Virus record (IMG/VR): IMGVR_UViG_3300047462_000030
DNA from: an uncultured virus (IMG/VR IMGVR_UViG_3300047462_000030)
Lineage: Duplodnaviria; Heunggongvirae; Uroviricota; Caudoviricetes
Direction: 5' to 3' (one strand)
DNA length: 24,378 bases
The notes below the pieces were generated by a model that saw nothing but the letters and a program-made list of their open reading frames with translations, did not search any database and was not told where the DNA came from. The first letter of the stretch is position 1, and each line of letters begins with the position of its first letter. Of this stretch, positions 1 through 7,048 are shown piece after piece. Position numbers and translations under genes: made by a program.

Positions 1-154
1 GAAAGCCATCATGGTTAGGCATAGGTGTTAGAGTTCTCCTAAGTTCTACAGTTTCTCTATCATGCTTCCATATATCGTAGAAGGAATAGAATAAGAATAA
101 CAATAAGATTAGTATTGATACTCCTAATATAATTATAAGTATATGATGTATCAT
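1..154 (-). CDS. Small membrane protein, 3'-truncated by the window edge
   Basis: ATG at 154 overlaps the upstream stop. Translation MIHHILIIILGVSILILLLFLFYSFYDIWK... has an N-terminal hydrophobic helix and stays open to the edge. Confidence 0.5.
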   Translation of the reverse strand, partial: MIHHILIIILGVSILILLLFLFYSFYDIWKHDRETVELRRTLTPMPNHDGF

Positions 155-396
155 TAGAAGCCTCTAAACTTTTTAATAAACCTCATGTTAGCTTCACGAC
201 GTTTTAAGAATAAGCATTCAACATTGTCTGGTTTATATTCAACTTCAAACTCTGTATCTTTAAGTAAGAACATTGCATCCATTTGTTCAGTCTCAAAGTC
301 AACACCATACAAGATACCATCCTCTATAGCATAAAGGGTAAACCTTTGACCTGATACTGTAATAACATCACCCGGTTTAAGATTACATATTTCCAT
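154..396 (-). CDS. Hypothetical protein, SH3/KOW-like N-terminus
   Basis: 80 aa; starts LKPGDVITV; packed in the minus-strand gene train. Confidence 0.65.
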   Translation of the reverse strand: MEICNLKPGDVITVSGQRFTLYAIEDGILYGVDFETEQMDAMFLLKDTEFEVEYKPDNVECLFLKRREANMRFIKKFRGF

Positions 397-724
397 ACTT
401 GCTATCCTTTGTTATGATGCCACCATTGGCAGACCTGATATACATTGTAAATGTCTTGTAACCCATATCAGCAAATGCCTCTTGCATTTGACTCATGATA
501 TAAGATGCTAGATCAAAGCTCGTAGTCTTAATGATAACGTGTGGAGCTTGCACATGATTCTTTGTCTCAAGCAATAACTCCCACTCACCACCAACAATCT
601 TAGATAACATATCATCCTTACCTTTCATTGGTTCATCAAGACCTAATTGATCTACAGTAAATAACATCTTATCTTTATACCATAGATATGCAATACACAA
701 AGCACTTACTACAATCATCCACAT
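383..724 (-). CDS. Hypothetical protein with N-terminal membrane anchor
   Basis: Start moved to ATG 724 (MWMIVVSALCIAYLWY), which follows an AAGGA RBS; 113 aa. Confidence 0.65.
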   Translation of the reverse strand: MWMIVVSALCIAYLWYKDKMLFTVDQLGLDEPMKGKDDMLSKIVGGEWELLLETKNHVQAPHVIIKTTSFDLASYIMSQMQEAFADMGYKTFTMYIRSANGGIITKDSKYGNM

Positions 725-734
725 AATATATTCC

Positions 735-977
735 TTAACCTTCTGGATAAATATCATATTGAGTATCATCGTTAAAGTAATTGGTGACAACTCTACTGTC
801 TATAAATTCATTACCGAATCTTTCACGAAGTAACTTAAGACCTACATTAGATACAAAATAATCTATTCCATTTAGATATAGTATATCACCATCTGAAGGT
901 TCACACTCGTGCATAGTGATAGGACATAAACCTAATTGAGCTTCAAGTGTTTGCATCTTGTATGCTGTCATATCCAT
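735..977 (-). CDS. Hypothetical protein
   Basis: Probable start MDMTAYK at 977; exact start uncertain. Confidence 0.6.
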   Translation of the reverse strand: MDMTAYKMQTLEAQLGLCPITMHECEPSDGDILYLNGIDYFVSNVGLKLLRERFGNEFIDSRVVTNYFNDDTQYDIYPEG

Positions 978-997
978 TTCTTTATTACGTCTAGGTA

Positions 998-1459
998 CTA
1001 CCATCTGCTATCTCCATTGTTGGTGTAAGCCATCTCAGCTTCATCCAGTAATCTTTCACGTTCATCTAATAAACAATCAGGACATCTATGCTCATCATAA
1101 TGAGTAGAACAATCTTGACATTCAAATCTATCTGATCCATAAACATCTGGTATCATATAGTTACCATACTTATCTATACGCATACCAACATACAATGGTA
1201 TGTATCCACACCACCACTTACGTTTAATAAACTTAACTTTAAGTGGAGTATGTTTACGATAAAAGTTAACGCTACTAGCTGACTTAGAATAGAATGTATA
1301 TTCATTTAATGAATTGATAGTTAATATAGTATTACGACCAAGAAAAATATAAGCAGCATCATTCATTATAATTATACGATAAGAATAATACTTAGCCCCA
1401 TCCCATCTATTAGTAGATTTTTTAAATAGGTCATTAGCTTTCTTGAATGTTATCGCCAT
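998..1459 (-). CDS. Hypothetical protein with C-terminal Zn-ribbon
   Basis: 153 aa; CQDC...CPDC motif; GGAG RBS. Confidence 0.7.
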   Translation of the reverse strand: MAITFKKANDLFKKSTNRWDGAKYYSYRIIIMNDAAYIFLGRNTILTINSLNEYTFYSKSASSVNFYRKHTPLKVKFIKRKWWCGYIPLYVGMRIDKYGNYMIPDVYGSDRFECQDCSTHYDEHRCPDCLLDERERLLDEAEMAYTNNGDSRW

Positions 1460-1616
1460 ATTCTAACTCCATATCTTGTTCAATGTAGATAGAAGGTTTA
1501 TGTCCAAACTCTATGAATGCTTCACTAGCTGCATACTCAGCTTCTTCTCTTGATGAGATACAGTTAGCATAAGTAATTGCTTTGCCACTAGAATGTTGTA
1601 CCGTTATTTTATACAT
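1434..1616 (-). CDS. Hypothetical protein
   Basis: 60 aa; AAGGAG RBS upstream of the ATG. Confidence 0.7.
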   Translation of the reverse strand: MYKITVQHSSGKAITYANCISSREEAEYAASEAFIEFGHKPSIYIEQDMELEYGDNIQES

Positions 1617-1625
1617 AGTATCTCC

Positions 1626-1985
1626 TTAATGTTTAAAGTTTTCTTGTACTCTATCAAGCCATTCAATATCATCTTTAGGACTTGAGTATTCAACTACTTC
1701 AAAGTTGTGTTTAAAAAGATATACCGTTTGCATATCACCTTCATTGTCTAATACTTCTACAGCATATACATTTTCTTCTGTGCGATTATCTTCTTCTGAC
1801 TCATCATTGTAATTATAATAGTCATCATCTTTATAATACTCATGGTCAATGTCGCCTGTCAACACACCAATCTTACCAAGATAATTTGAAACTGCATAGT
1901 CATAATCATCTGGATCTTCATTAATGTTAACTTTATATTTTAAGTTTTTGATATGAACCTTGCTACCTTGTCTTAACTTTTTCAT
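1626..1985 (-). CDS. Acidic SH3/KOW-like protein ending in the shared WLDRVQENF tag
   Basis: LRQGSKVHI start; C-terminus DDIEWLDRVQENFKH. Confidence 0.75.
   Translation of the reverse strand: MKKLRQGSKVHIKNLKYKVNINEDPDDYDYAVSNYLGKIGVLTGDIDHEYYKDDDYYNYNDESEEDNRTEENVYAVEVLDNEGDMQTVYLFKHNFEVVEYSSPKDDIEWLDRVQENFKH
1633..1666. repeat. 34-bp exact direct repeat, copy 1 (encodes EWLDRVQENFK)
   Basis: ttaaagttttcttgtactctatcaagccattcaa, identical to 2460-2493. Confidence 0.95.
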
Positions 1986-2185
1986 TTGACTTTATCCTCA
2001 AATGTAATTGCTACTTCTAATACTTCAGCATTTTTACCAAACTGTGTAGCAACATAGTTATCTAGATTCTTTACAATGAAACTAGCGGCTTGATCTAAGA
2101 TATGAAAGCCTGAGAAAGCCATACCCATACCAAAGACTGTATGCCATTTGTCTTGACCTTCTAACTTAAGCTTTAACTTCCACAT
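1982..2185 (-). CDS. Hypothetical protein
   Basis: 67 aa; ATGA overlap with the next gene. Confidence 0.7.
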   Translation of the reverse strand: MWKLKLKLEGQDKWHTVFGMGMAFSGFHILDQAASFIVKNLDNYVATQFGKNAEVLEVAITFEDKVK

Positions 2186-2450
2186 TTTTATTCTCCATTT
2201 CTCTTACAATTGCTTTACCAATCATGAAAGCATATAAATATGCTTTAGCTATTGTATACCATTGCTTGTACTCAAAGTTATCTGGTGCACCGGCATCTGC
2301 TAATCCCATGTTGATTGCAAAGTATAACTCATCAGGGCCAAACTTTCTATCCATAGTTTGACCTTTGTGTTCTTCCATGATTGCTTTAAGTGTATCAAGT
2401 AGTTCTTTTTTAACACCTACTTGTTCTGCTAAGTCAAATACTTGAGACAT
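2166..2450 (-). CDS. Hypothetical protein
   Basis: 94 aa; AGGAG RBS. Confidence 0.75.
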   Translation of the reverse strand: MSQVFDLAEQVGVKKELLDTLKAIMEEHKGQTMDRKFGPDELYFAINMGLADAGAPDNFEYKQWYTIAKAYLYAFMIGKAIVREMENKNVEVKA

Positions 2451-2452
2451 AT

Positions 2453-2689
2453 TTACTCCTTAAAGTTTTCTTGTACTCTATCAAGCCATTCAACATCTGA
2501 TTCAATTTGTTTACGAGCTAAAGCTAATTCAAAATATTGAACATCATAATTGCCATTATTTTCTTTTATATACAATGCAGTTCCTTGTTTATTGTATGCA
2601 TCAAATGTATATATACCACCTACTTTACATATACCATATACATTTATTATGCGTCTAATCTTATCACCTTTTTTAAACTTAGGATGCAT
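2453..2689 (-). CDS. SH3/KOW-like protein ending in the shared WLDRVQENF tag
   Basis: Probable start MHPKFKKGDKIRR; C-terminus SDVEWLDRVQENFKE. Confidence 0.75.
   Translation of the reverse strand: MHPKFKKGDKIRRIINVYGICKVGGIYTFDAYNKQGTALYIKENNGNYDVQYFELALARKQIESDVEWLDRVQENFKE
2460..2493. repeat. 34-bp exact direct repeat, copy 2
   Basis: Identical to 1633-1666. Confidence 0.95.
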
Positions 2690-2897
2690 AGTTAACTTCC
2701 AATGATTGAGTATTGTCATCACTTGTATCTACAAATTGAACATCTCTAACTACATGTGTATGCATTAAGATTATCTCAATAATATCTAATACATTCTTAT
2801 CACTTGATAACACTACCACACGACCGTCTTGATATATCATGTGTGCTTCAAACTTAGACCTTAAAAGTATTTTGTCTAACATATAAAAACCCCTCAC
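2679..2897 (-). CDS. Hypothetical protein
   Basis: ORF in the gene train; the start may instead be MLDKILL at 2882. Confidence 0.6.
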   Translation of the reverse strand: MRGFYMLDKILLRSKFEAHMIYQDGRVVVLSSDKNVLDIIEIILMHTHVVRDVQFVDTSDDNTQSLEVNYAS

Positions 2898-2994
2898 AAC
2901 GTACAGACGTTAAAAATAACGCGGACTATAATTCACTCATGCCACGTACAATACTATATAGTATAACCCAATGACAATCAATGATACAATCATG

Positions 2995-3156
2995 TTACAC
3001 CTTTACAATCTTAAAGGTTGTTACTGTGACACACTCACCTGGCTTCATGTGTGCAACTCTATCTGGTATCCATACACTAGCAAACATATTGTATAGCCAA
3101 TGTAAACTTATAGGATTGTCTGTTATCTTATGCTTACCATCATACACTAAGTACAT
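2995..3156 (-). CDS. Hypothetical protein (53 aa, absent from the ORF track)
   Basis: TAATG coupling with the upstream gene and GAGGAG RBS; MYLVYDGKHKITDNPISLHWLYNMF...KIVKV. Confidence 0.65.
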   Translation of the reverse strand: MYLVYDGKHKITDNPISLHWLYNMFASVWIPDRVAHMKPGECVTVTTFKIVKV

Positions 3157-3437
3157 TAAAAGTCCTCCTCTTGTTCAAAGAAGTTTAATTGTATCTTATC
3201 TAAATAACATACTTTACTTATTAATTCTATTTCTTTTTCATTCACTGTTAAATCGTTAAAGCCTAATGATGGCGGCATATCATCAAGCCTTACTGTATAA
3301 GAATACTTTATAGGTTGATCTAGAAATCTAGTCTTATGTTGTATATGAACAATGGTGCCTGTCTTACCTATTGTAAAATTATTTTCTTCATGATCTAGAT
3401 TTGCAATTACTTTAATCCTATCACCAACTTCAAACAT
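3156..3437 (-). CDS. SH3/KOW-like protein with a variant of the shared tag
   Basis: MFEVGDRIKV...IGKTGTIV...Y.VRLD...EIELI; C-terminus CYLDKIQLNFFEQEEDF. Confidence 0.75.
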   Translation of the reverse strand: MFEVGDRIKVIANLDHEENNFTIGKTGTIVHIQHKTRFLDQPIKYSYTVRLDDMPPSLGFNDLTVNEKEIELISKVCYLDKIQLNFFEQEEDF

Positions 3438-3440
3438 ACT

Positions 3441-3866
3441 TCAACCTTTCTTGTCGCACCAATCAGAATGTCTTGTCAAAGGTCCATGTACTTTCTCACT
3501 ACCACAAGTACATACATTAGCTTTAGGTTTTGTTATTTGATTGACATACTTATTATAGTATTCTTGTTGTTCTCGTTGCTCATTGCATAAGTCTTGTAAT
3601 CTTGTTTGAGTTGGAGAAACAATTACACGACCACTAGGTAATACTAGTTCTATCTCATCGGGCCACACTACACTTGTAACATTGTATTTAGCAAACTCTA
3701 CTTGATAAGTAAACCCTATTGCAGATACTATAACACCTTCACTATCAATAGGCAATGAAGGTTTATTATGGATAGGAGTTATTGTTTTAGTGGTACGAAC
3801 TTTATCACCCACTTTAAATACTTTTGGCATAGTTGTACCGCTGTATAACATATTAAGTTTATTCAT
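3441..3866 (-). CDS. SH3/KOW-like protein with a C-terminal Cys/His metal-binding motif
   Basis: FKVGDKVR...EIELV, then CTCG...HSDWC; AAGGAG RBS. Confidence 0.75.
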   Translation of the reverse strand: MNKLNMLYSGTTMPKVFKVGDKVRTTKTITPIHNKPSLPIDSEGVIVSAIGFTYQVEFAKYNVTSVVWPDEIELVLPSGRVIVSPTQTRLQDLCNEQREQQEYYNKYVNQITKPKANVCTCGSEKVHGPLTRHSDWCDKKG

Positions 3867-3876
3867 AACAATCTCC

Positions 3877-3905
3877 TTGACATTTGTATTAAAGTATGAT
3901 ATGCT
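3877..3905 (+). promoter_or_regulatory. Sigma70-type promoter, antisense to the leftward operon
   Basis: TTGACA (3877-3882), 17-nt spacer, TATGCT (3900-3905) with extended TG; intergenic. Confidence 0.5.
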
Positions 3906-3966
3906 AAAGCTATTGCTTTATCTTACAGCGTCGAGCGTAAGCAAAAGACGCGATGCATTACAAAGC

Positions 3967-4380
3967 TTAGTAGTCTGTAACACTACATCCTGTTACCGTG
4001 AAATTGCAAGATGAATTAATACCATTACTAGTATAATTCCCATTAGGAATAGCAGATAAGAAACCGTCATTGGCGGAGTAGACCGCATATAGATTACCTC
4101 CAATACAAAAGCCTATTTCACTGAAAGTATTAGGATATGATGTAGCATTAGAACAGAATTGTATTGGTTCAATAACTGTGCCAGCACTCCCATTAGATCC
4201 ATTAAGTAATAGAGATGATGTGCTACCACAAGTGATTAGTGAACCGCCATCAGGTGATGCACTTGATACACCTACACTAGATACAGTACAGCTTGTACCG
4301 TTTGTACCATCATGTCCATTAGTTCCATATTGTCCACAACCTGATAGTAATATTAACGCTATTATATACTTACGCATCAT
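3967..4380 (-). CDS. Lipoprotein with short collagen-like repeats and a Cys-rich C-terminal domain
   Basis: MMRKYIIALILLSG|C lipobox; GTNGHDGTNG and NGSNG G-X-Y triplets; six further Cys. Confidence 0.75.
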   Translation of the reverse strand: MMRKYIIALILLSGCGQYGTNGHDGTNGTSCTVSSVGVSSASPDGGSLITCGSTSSLLLNGSNGSAGTVIEPIQFCSNATSYPNTFSEIGFCIGGNLYAVYSANDGFLSAIPNGNYTSNGINSSCNFTVTGCSVTDY

Positions 4381-4481
4381 TTCACCATAGCTTTTATAAT
4401 TGTATCTGGAGATATGAATGCGTTGGATGCAATCCACACGCTAATGAATAAACTTAATGCAATAACAAATACAAGTTTCAT
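4377..4481 (-). CDS. Small membrane or secreted peptide (34 aa)
   Basis: MKLVFVIALSLFISVWIASNAF...; AAGGGA RBS; ATGA overlap with the lipoprotein gene. Confidence 0.45.
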   Translation of the reverse strand: MKLVFVIALSLFISVWIASNAFISPDTIIKAMVK

Positions 4482-4707
4482 ATTATATCCCTTCGATGTA
4501 AGTTAATGTTTCATCTACTAACTCATCTTGACTCATATCATCTATATACATGTTAACACACCTTTACCCATCCACAATTACACTTAGTACATATCCTATC
4601 AAAATACTCACTATCAATAGTATTCCTATCGACAAAGTAATTGGCATAGGCCTGTGAACCTTTATAAACATATCTATGGAATCCTAAAAAGCATTTCCAA
4701 TTCATAT

Positions 4708-4938
4708 TCAATCCCATGCAATTTCAATATACCTTGACTCATCATCTATGGTAACAACATAACACTTACCCTCAACCATAGCTTTGATAATCTTACCCTG
4801 AATACGTGTGCTATACTTAGACTCTATATAACTCCACTCACATCCAAAGTAACCATCCTCATAGCCTATAGTGAAATTCTTATAAGTATGTGAACCATCA
4901 TCAAACATTGCATTATCTAATACATTACACGCGCCCAT
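4708..4938 (-). CDS. Hypothetical protein
   Basis: 76 aa; GGAGGA RBS. Confidence 0.7.
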   Translation of the reverse strand: MGACNVLDNAMFDDGSHTYKNFTIGYEDGYFGCEWSYIESKYSTRIQGKIIKAMVEGKCYVVTIDDESRYIEIAWD

Positions 4939-5043
4939 AGAAAAGTCCTCCCCAATTCACACATACATAAAACACGCGCACTATTTTTCACACTGCATAC
5001 GATACACTTATGCCTTATACATTTGTGTATGTATATGAATTGA

Positions 5044-5229
5044 TTAGCAATCTCCAATCAACTCTAATCGTTCTAGTATTGCATTAGATATATGTTGTTC
5101 TATTTCTTTCTTATCCTCACGCAACACTCGGAGTAACTCTTGTTCTTCTGGAGTTAGTTCTCCACCTTGTTCTTGTATCTTATCTATAGCTTTACATACT
5201 TGATTCAACTTGTATTGACAGTTATGCAT
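5044..5229 (-). CDS. Hypothetical coiled-coil protein
   Basis: Start moved to MHNCQYK, which follows an AAGGAGG RBS; 61 aa. Confidence 0.7.
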   Translation of the reverse strand: MHNCQYKLNQVCKAIDKIQEQGGELTPEEQELLRVLREDKKEIEQHISNAILERLELIGDC

Positions 5230-5230
5230 A

Positions 5231-5407
5231 TCAACCTCCTTCATCCATACTTGTGATACCATCATCACACATCTCATCAGTACACTTGTGACAGTTATGC
5301 CATATACCTTCTGACTCTATATCGTCCTGAGCATCTTGTCTGGTATCATATGGAGCATCTATTAATATAGACTCTTTAACTTTACCTTTGATTATATTGT
5401 ATCTCAT
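5231..5407 (-). CDS. Hypothetical protein (58 aa, absent from the ORF track), directly downstream of hammerhead 2
   Basis: MRYNIIKGKVKESILIDAPY...CHKC...EGG; its RBS GAGGAGG lies inside the ribozyme core. Confidence 0.7.
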   Translation of the reverse strand: MRYNIIKGKVKESILIDAPYDTRQDAQDDIESEGIWHNCHKCTDEMCDDGITSMDEGG

Positions 5408-5487
5408 ATAATGGCCTCCTCAATACGTGCTATACACGTAGACATACCCATGAGCCTAGGGGAAGACCCATGGATATGTTTCGGCCT
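5407..5487 (-). ncRNA. Type II hammerhead ribozyme with variant core (UUGAGGA)
   Basis: Minus strand reads GGCC-GAAA-stem III (CAUAUCCAUGGGUCU/AGGCUCAUGGGUAUG)-UC|-stem I (UACGUG UAUAG CACGUA)-UUGAGGA-GGCC. Predicted cut after GUC, between 5441 and 5440. Confidence 0.8.
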
Positions 5488-5500
5488 AACAGCGTGGGGA

Positions 5501-5830
5501 TTACGCTGCCTCAGTATCAAATGCTTTGATCTCAGGGATCACAATATCATCGGCAACAACAACCTTGCTTGTCTTATCAACAGCAAGGATTGCTTTGTGA
5601 GCTTCAATGAATGTAGCAATGTCTTTACTAGCATTCAATAACTTAGCCCATTGTTTACCATAGAGTGTGACAGGGAAACGACCTAAGCCATATACAGATA
5701 CAGCTCCCTTAGCTGATACCTTAAAGCTTAGGCTAGGCTCTTTACGTTTGGGATTCTTAAGTTCTGCATTCTCTTGCTGAAGTCTTAAGAGTTCTGCTTT
5801 CATTGCTAATAGTTCTTGTTCGAAGTTCAT
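5501..5830 (-). CDS. Conserved-type hypothetical protein (coiled coil plus KVSxKGAVSVYGLGRFPVTLY domain), possibly nucleic-acid binding
   Basis: Start moved to MNFEQELL, which follows an AAGGAG RBS. I recall the motif from a widespread small bacterial/phage family of unknown function; not searched. Confidence 0.75.
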   Translation of the reverse strand: MNFEQELLAMKAELLRLQQENAELKNPKRKEPSLSFKVSAKGAVSVYGLGRFPVTLYGKQWAKLLNASKDIATFIEAHKAILAVDKTSKVVVADDIVIPEIKAFDTEAA

Positions 5831-6002
5831 GTGTATCTCCTTTGTAACGTATGCTATAGCATACATGGTTAATAATCATCTTAATAACATATACATAACT
5901 GTATGTATATGATGTAACATATTAATAACATTAACATAACTCATAACACACCCATTGCTTTAAACAATAGAACAGATATAAAGTAACCACACACTAGGTA
6001 CA

Positions 6003-6200
6003 TCATGCTACACGTTTCATATGTGTAGGGTATAACATATGCTCTATATTCTTTATCTCACTATCTAGGTATTCGATGTAGCCAATGTTAATACCATTGA
6101 CTCCACGTTCTTCATAGTGCATAGCTATCTTATACTTGATAGCAGTTAGATGAGACTTAAGTTCTTCTTCTGTGATGCTAACTCTTTTATACTTAATCAT
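6003..6200 (-). CDS. Hypothetical protein
   Basis: 65 aa; AAGGGG RBS. Confidence 0.7.
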   Translation of the reverse strand: MIKYKRVSITEEELKSHLTAIKYKIAMHYEERGVNGINIGYIEYLDSEIKNIEHMLYPTHMKRVA

Positions 6201-6219
6201 ATCTATCCCCTTGTTAAGA

Positions 6220-6351
6220 TTAAAGATAAGCTATTGTATACTCAAGCTTGCATTGCATTAGAACATTGACAAGCTTAAGTACATCGCTAAAGTATTCATA
6301 CTGCTCATGCTTAATAACACTACCATTGATATAAGTTACTTGATACTTCAT
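6220..6351 (-). CDS. Hypothetical protein (43 aa), first gene after hammerhead 1
   Basis: ATG at 6351 follows AAAGGAG. The longer ORF-track version would run through the ribozyme. Confidence 0.65.
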   Translation of the reverse strand: MKYQVTYINGSVIKHEQYEYFSDVLKLVNVLMQCKLEYTIAYL

Positions 6352-6359
6352 AACGTTCT

Positions 6360-6464
6360 CCTTTGTTAGACTCATCAGTACGCGCTTCACACGTAGACAA
6401 TCCAATAGGTTAGCTGATGTTCAACCGGCTTGCTATAGGATTGTTTCGTCTTTTAAACAAAAGG
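6360..6464 (-). ncRNA. Type II hammerhead ribozyme, canonical core
   Basis: Minus strand reads AGAC-GAAA-stem III (CAAUCC...GGAUUG)-UC|-stem I (UACGUG UGAAG CGCGUA)-CUGAUGA-GUCU. All conserved core nucleotides are present. Predicted cut between 6396 and 6395. Confidence 0.92.
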
Positions 6465-6885
6465 CTTGCTAAGTCTATCAAGTGTCTAGCTCATGCACTT
6501 AGGTACTACAGCTCTAACATTTGTCTTGATACTTTCGTCAAGTCCCTATGACAGCTCACATTCTAGTTACAGTCTATCGACCGCTTCAACTAGGGCTGTA
6601 AAGTATAGGACCACATGGTAATTAAGCACATGCTACGAAGGATTTATCCTACCGCCTATGACCTTTGTCTCGGGCATGGGTTACTAGCCTCATGTTATAT
6701 CCCGCTACTAGCGTCCAGCAATCGGCACCTGTCGAGAAGGCTCCTATACTTTGAACATGGCTTACTTGTTACAGGACTTACGTTCTAAGGCTTGTCTTAA
6801 GTAAGTCGACGTGTTAGCCTTGAACTACCTGCCTTAATTCTAGCAAGGCTTGTTGGTGCCTTTCTAGTCTAAGTTGCCGTTCGAA
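6465..6885 (-). ncRNA. Candidate large structured non-coding RNA, family not recognised
   Basis: No ORF of 60 aa or more; visibly GC-richer than its flanks; many nested helices (6600-6610/6742-6752, 6563-6568/6588-6593, 6775-6781/6801-6807, 6507-6512/6595-6600, 6501-6505/6826-6830, 6465-6471/6841-6847). Lies between a sigma-54 box and hammerhead 1. Confidence 0.6.
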
Positions 6886-6895
6886 AGATTTTCAT

Positions 6896-6912
6896 TGCAG
6901 GGGCGGTGCCAA
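6896..6912 (-). promoter_or_regulatory. Sigma-54 (RpoN) -24/-12 promoter
   Basis: TTGGCACCGCCCCTGCA, exact GG-N10-GC spacing; predicted start near 6885. Confidence 0.7.
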
Positions 6913-6968
6913 CTTTAAATTGCTGAATCTTTTCGGGCACTTACGTTTGCTGATCGCTCGTTCTTCTT

Positions 6969-6986
6969 TTGTAAGTACTTGAAATC
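6969..6986. promoter_or_regulatory. IHF-like site; 18-bp repeat of 7072-7089
   Basis: ttgTAAgtacTTGAaatc versus ttgTAAgtatTTGAaatc (one mismatch); near match to YAANNNNTTGATW. Confidence 0.5.
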
Positions 6987-7048
6987 GTTAATGAATTTTC
7001 TGAAGCGCTTGAAACTATTGGGGAATTTCAAATTGAACGTGCGTTAAC

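Noticed and set aside
1633..2493. 34-bp repeat as a CRISPR array or a diversity-generating retroelement TR/VR pair
   Set aside because: Only two copies, 827 bp apart, both in frame inside genes. There are no spacers, no adenine-specific differences and no reverse transcriptase in the window.
2981..5641. Plus-strand ORFs 2981-3259, 3790-4014, 4178-4390 and 5411-5641
   Set aside because: They are antisense shadows of RBS-supported minus-strand genes or of hammerhead 2.
6352..6405. N-terminal extension of ORF 6220-6405
   Set aside because: It runs through the hammerhead core; the ATG at 6351 has a clear RBS.
6900..6960. GGGGCGG as the 5' end of a tmRNA or tRNA
   Set aside because: No T-arm or acceptor partner was found. 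The bases are explained by the minus-strand sigma-54 box.
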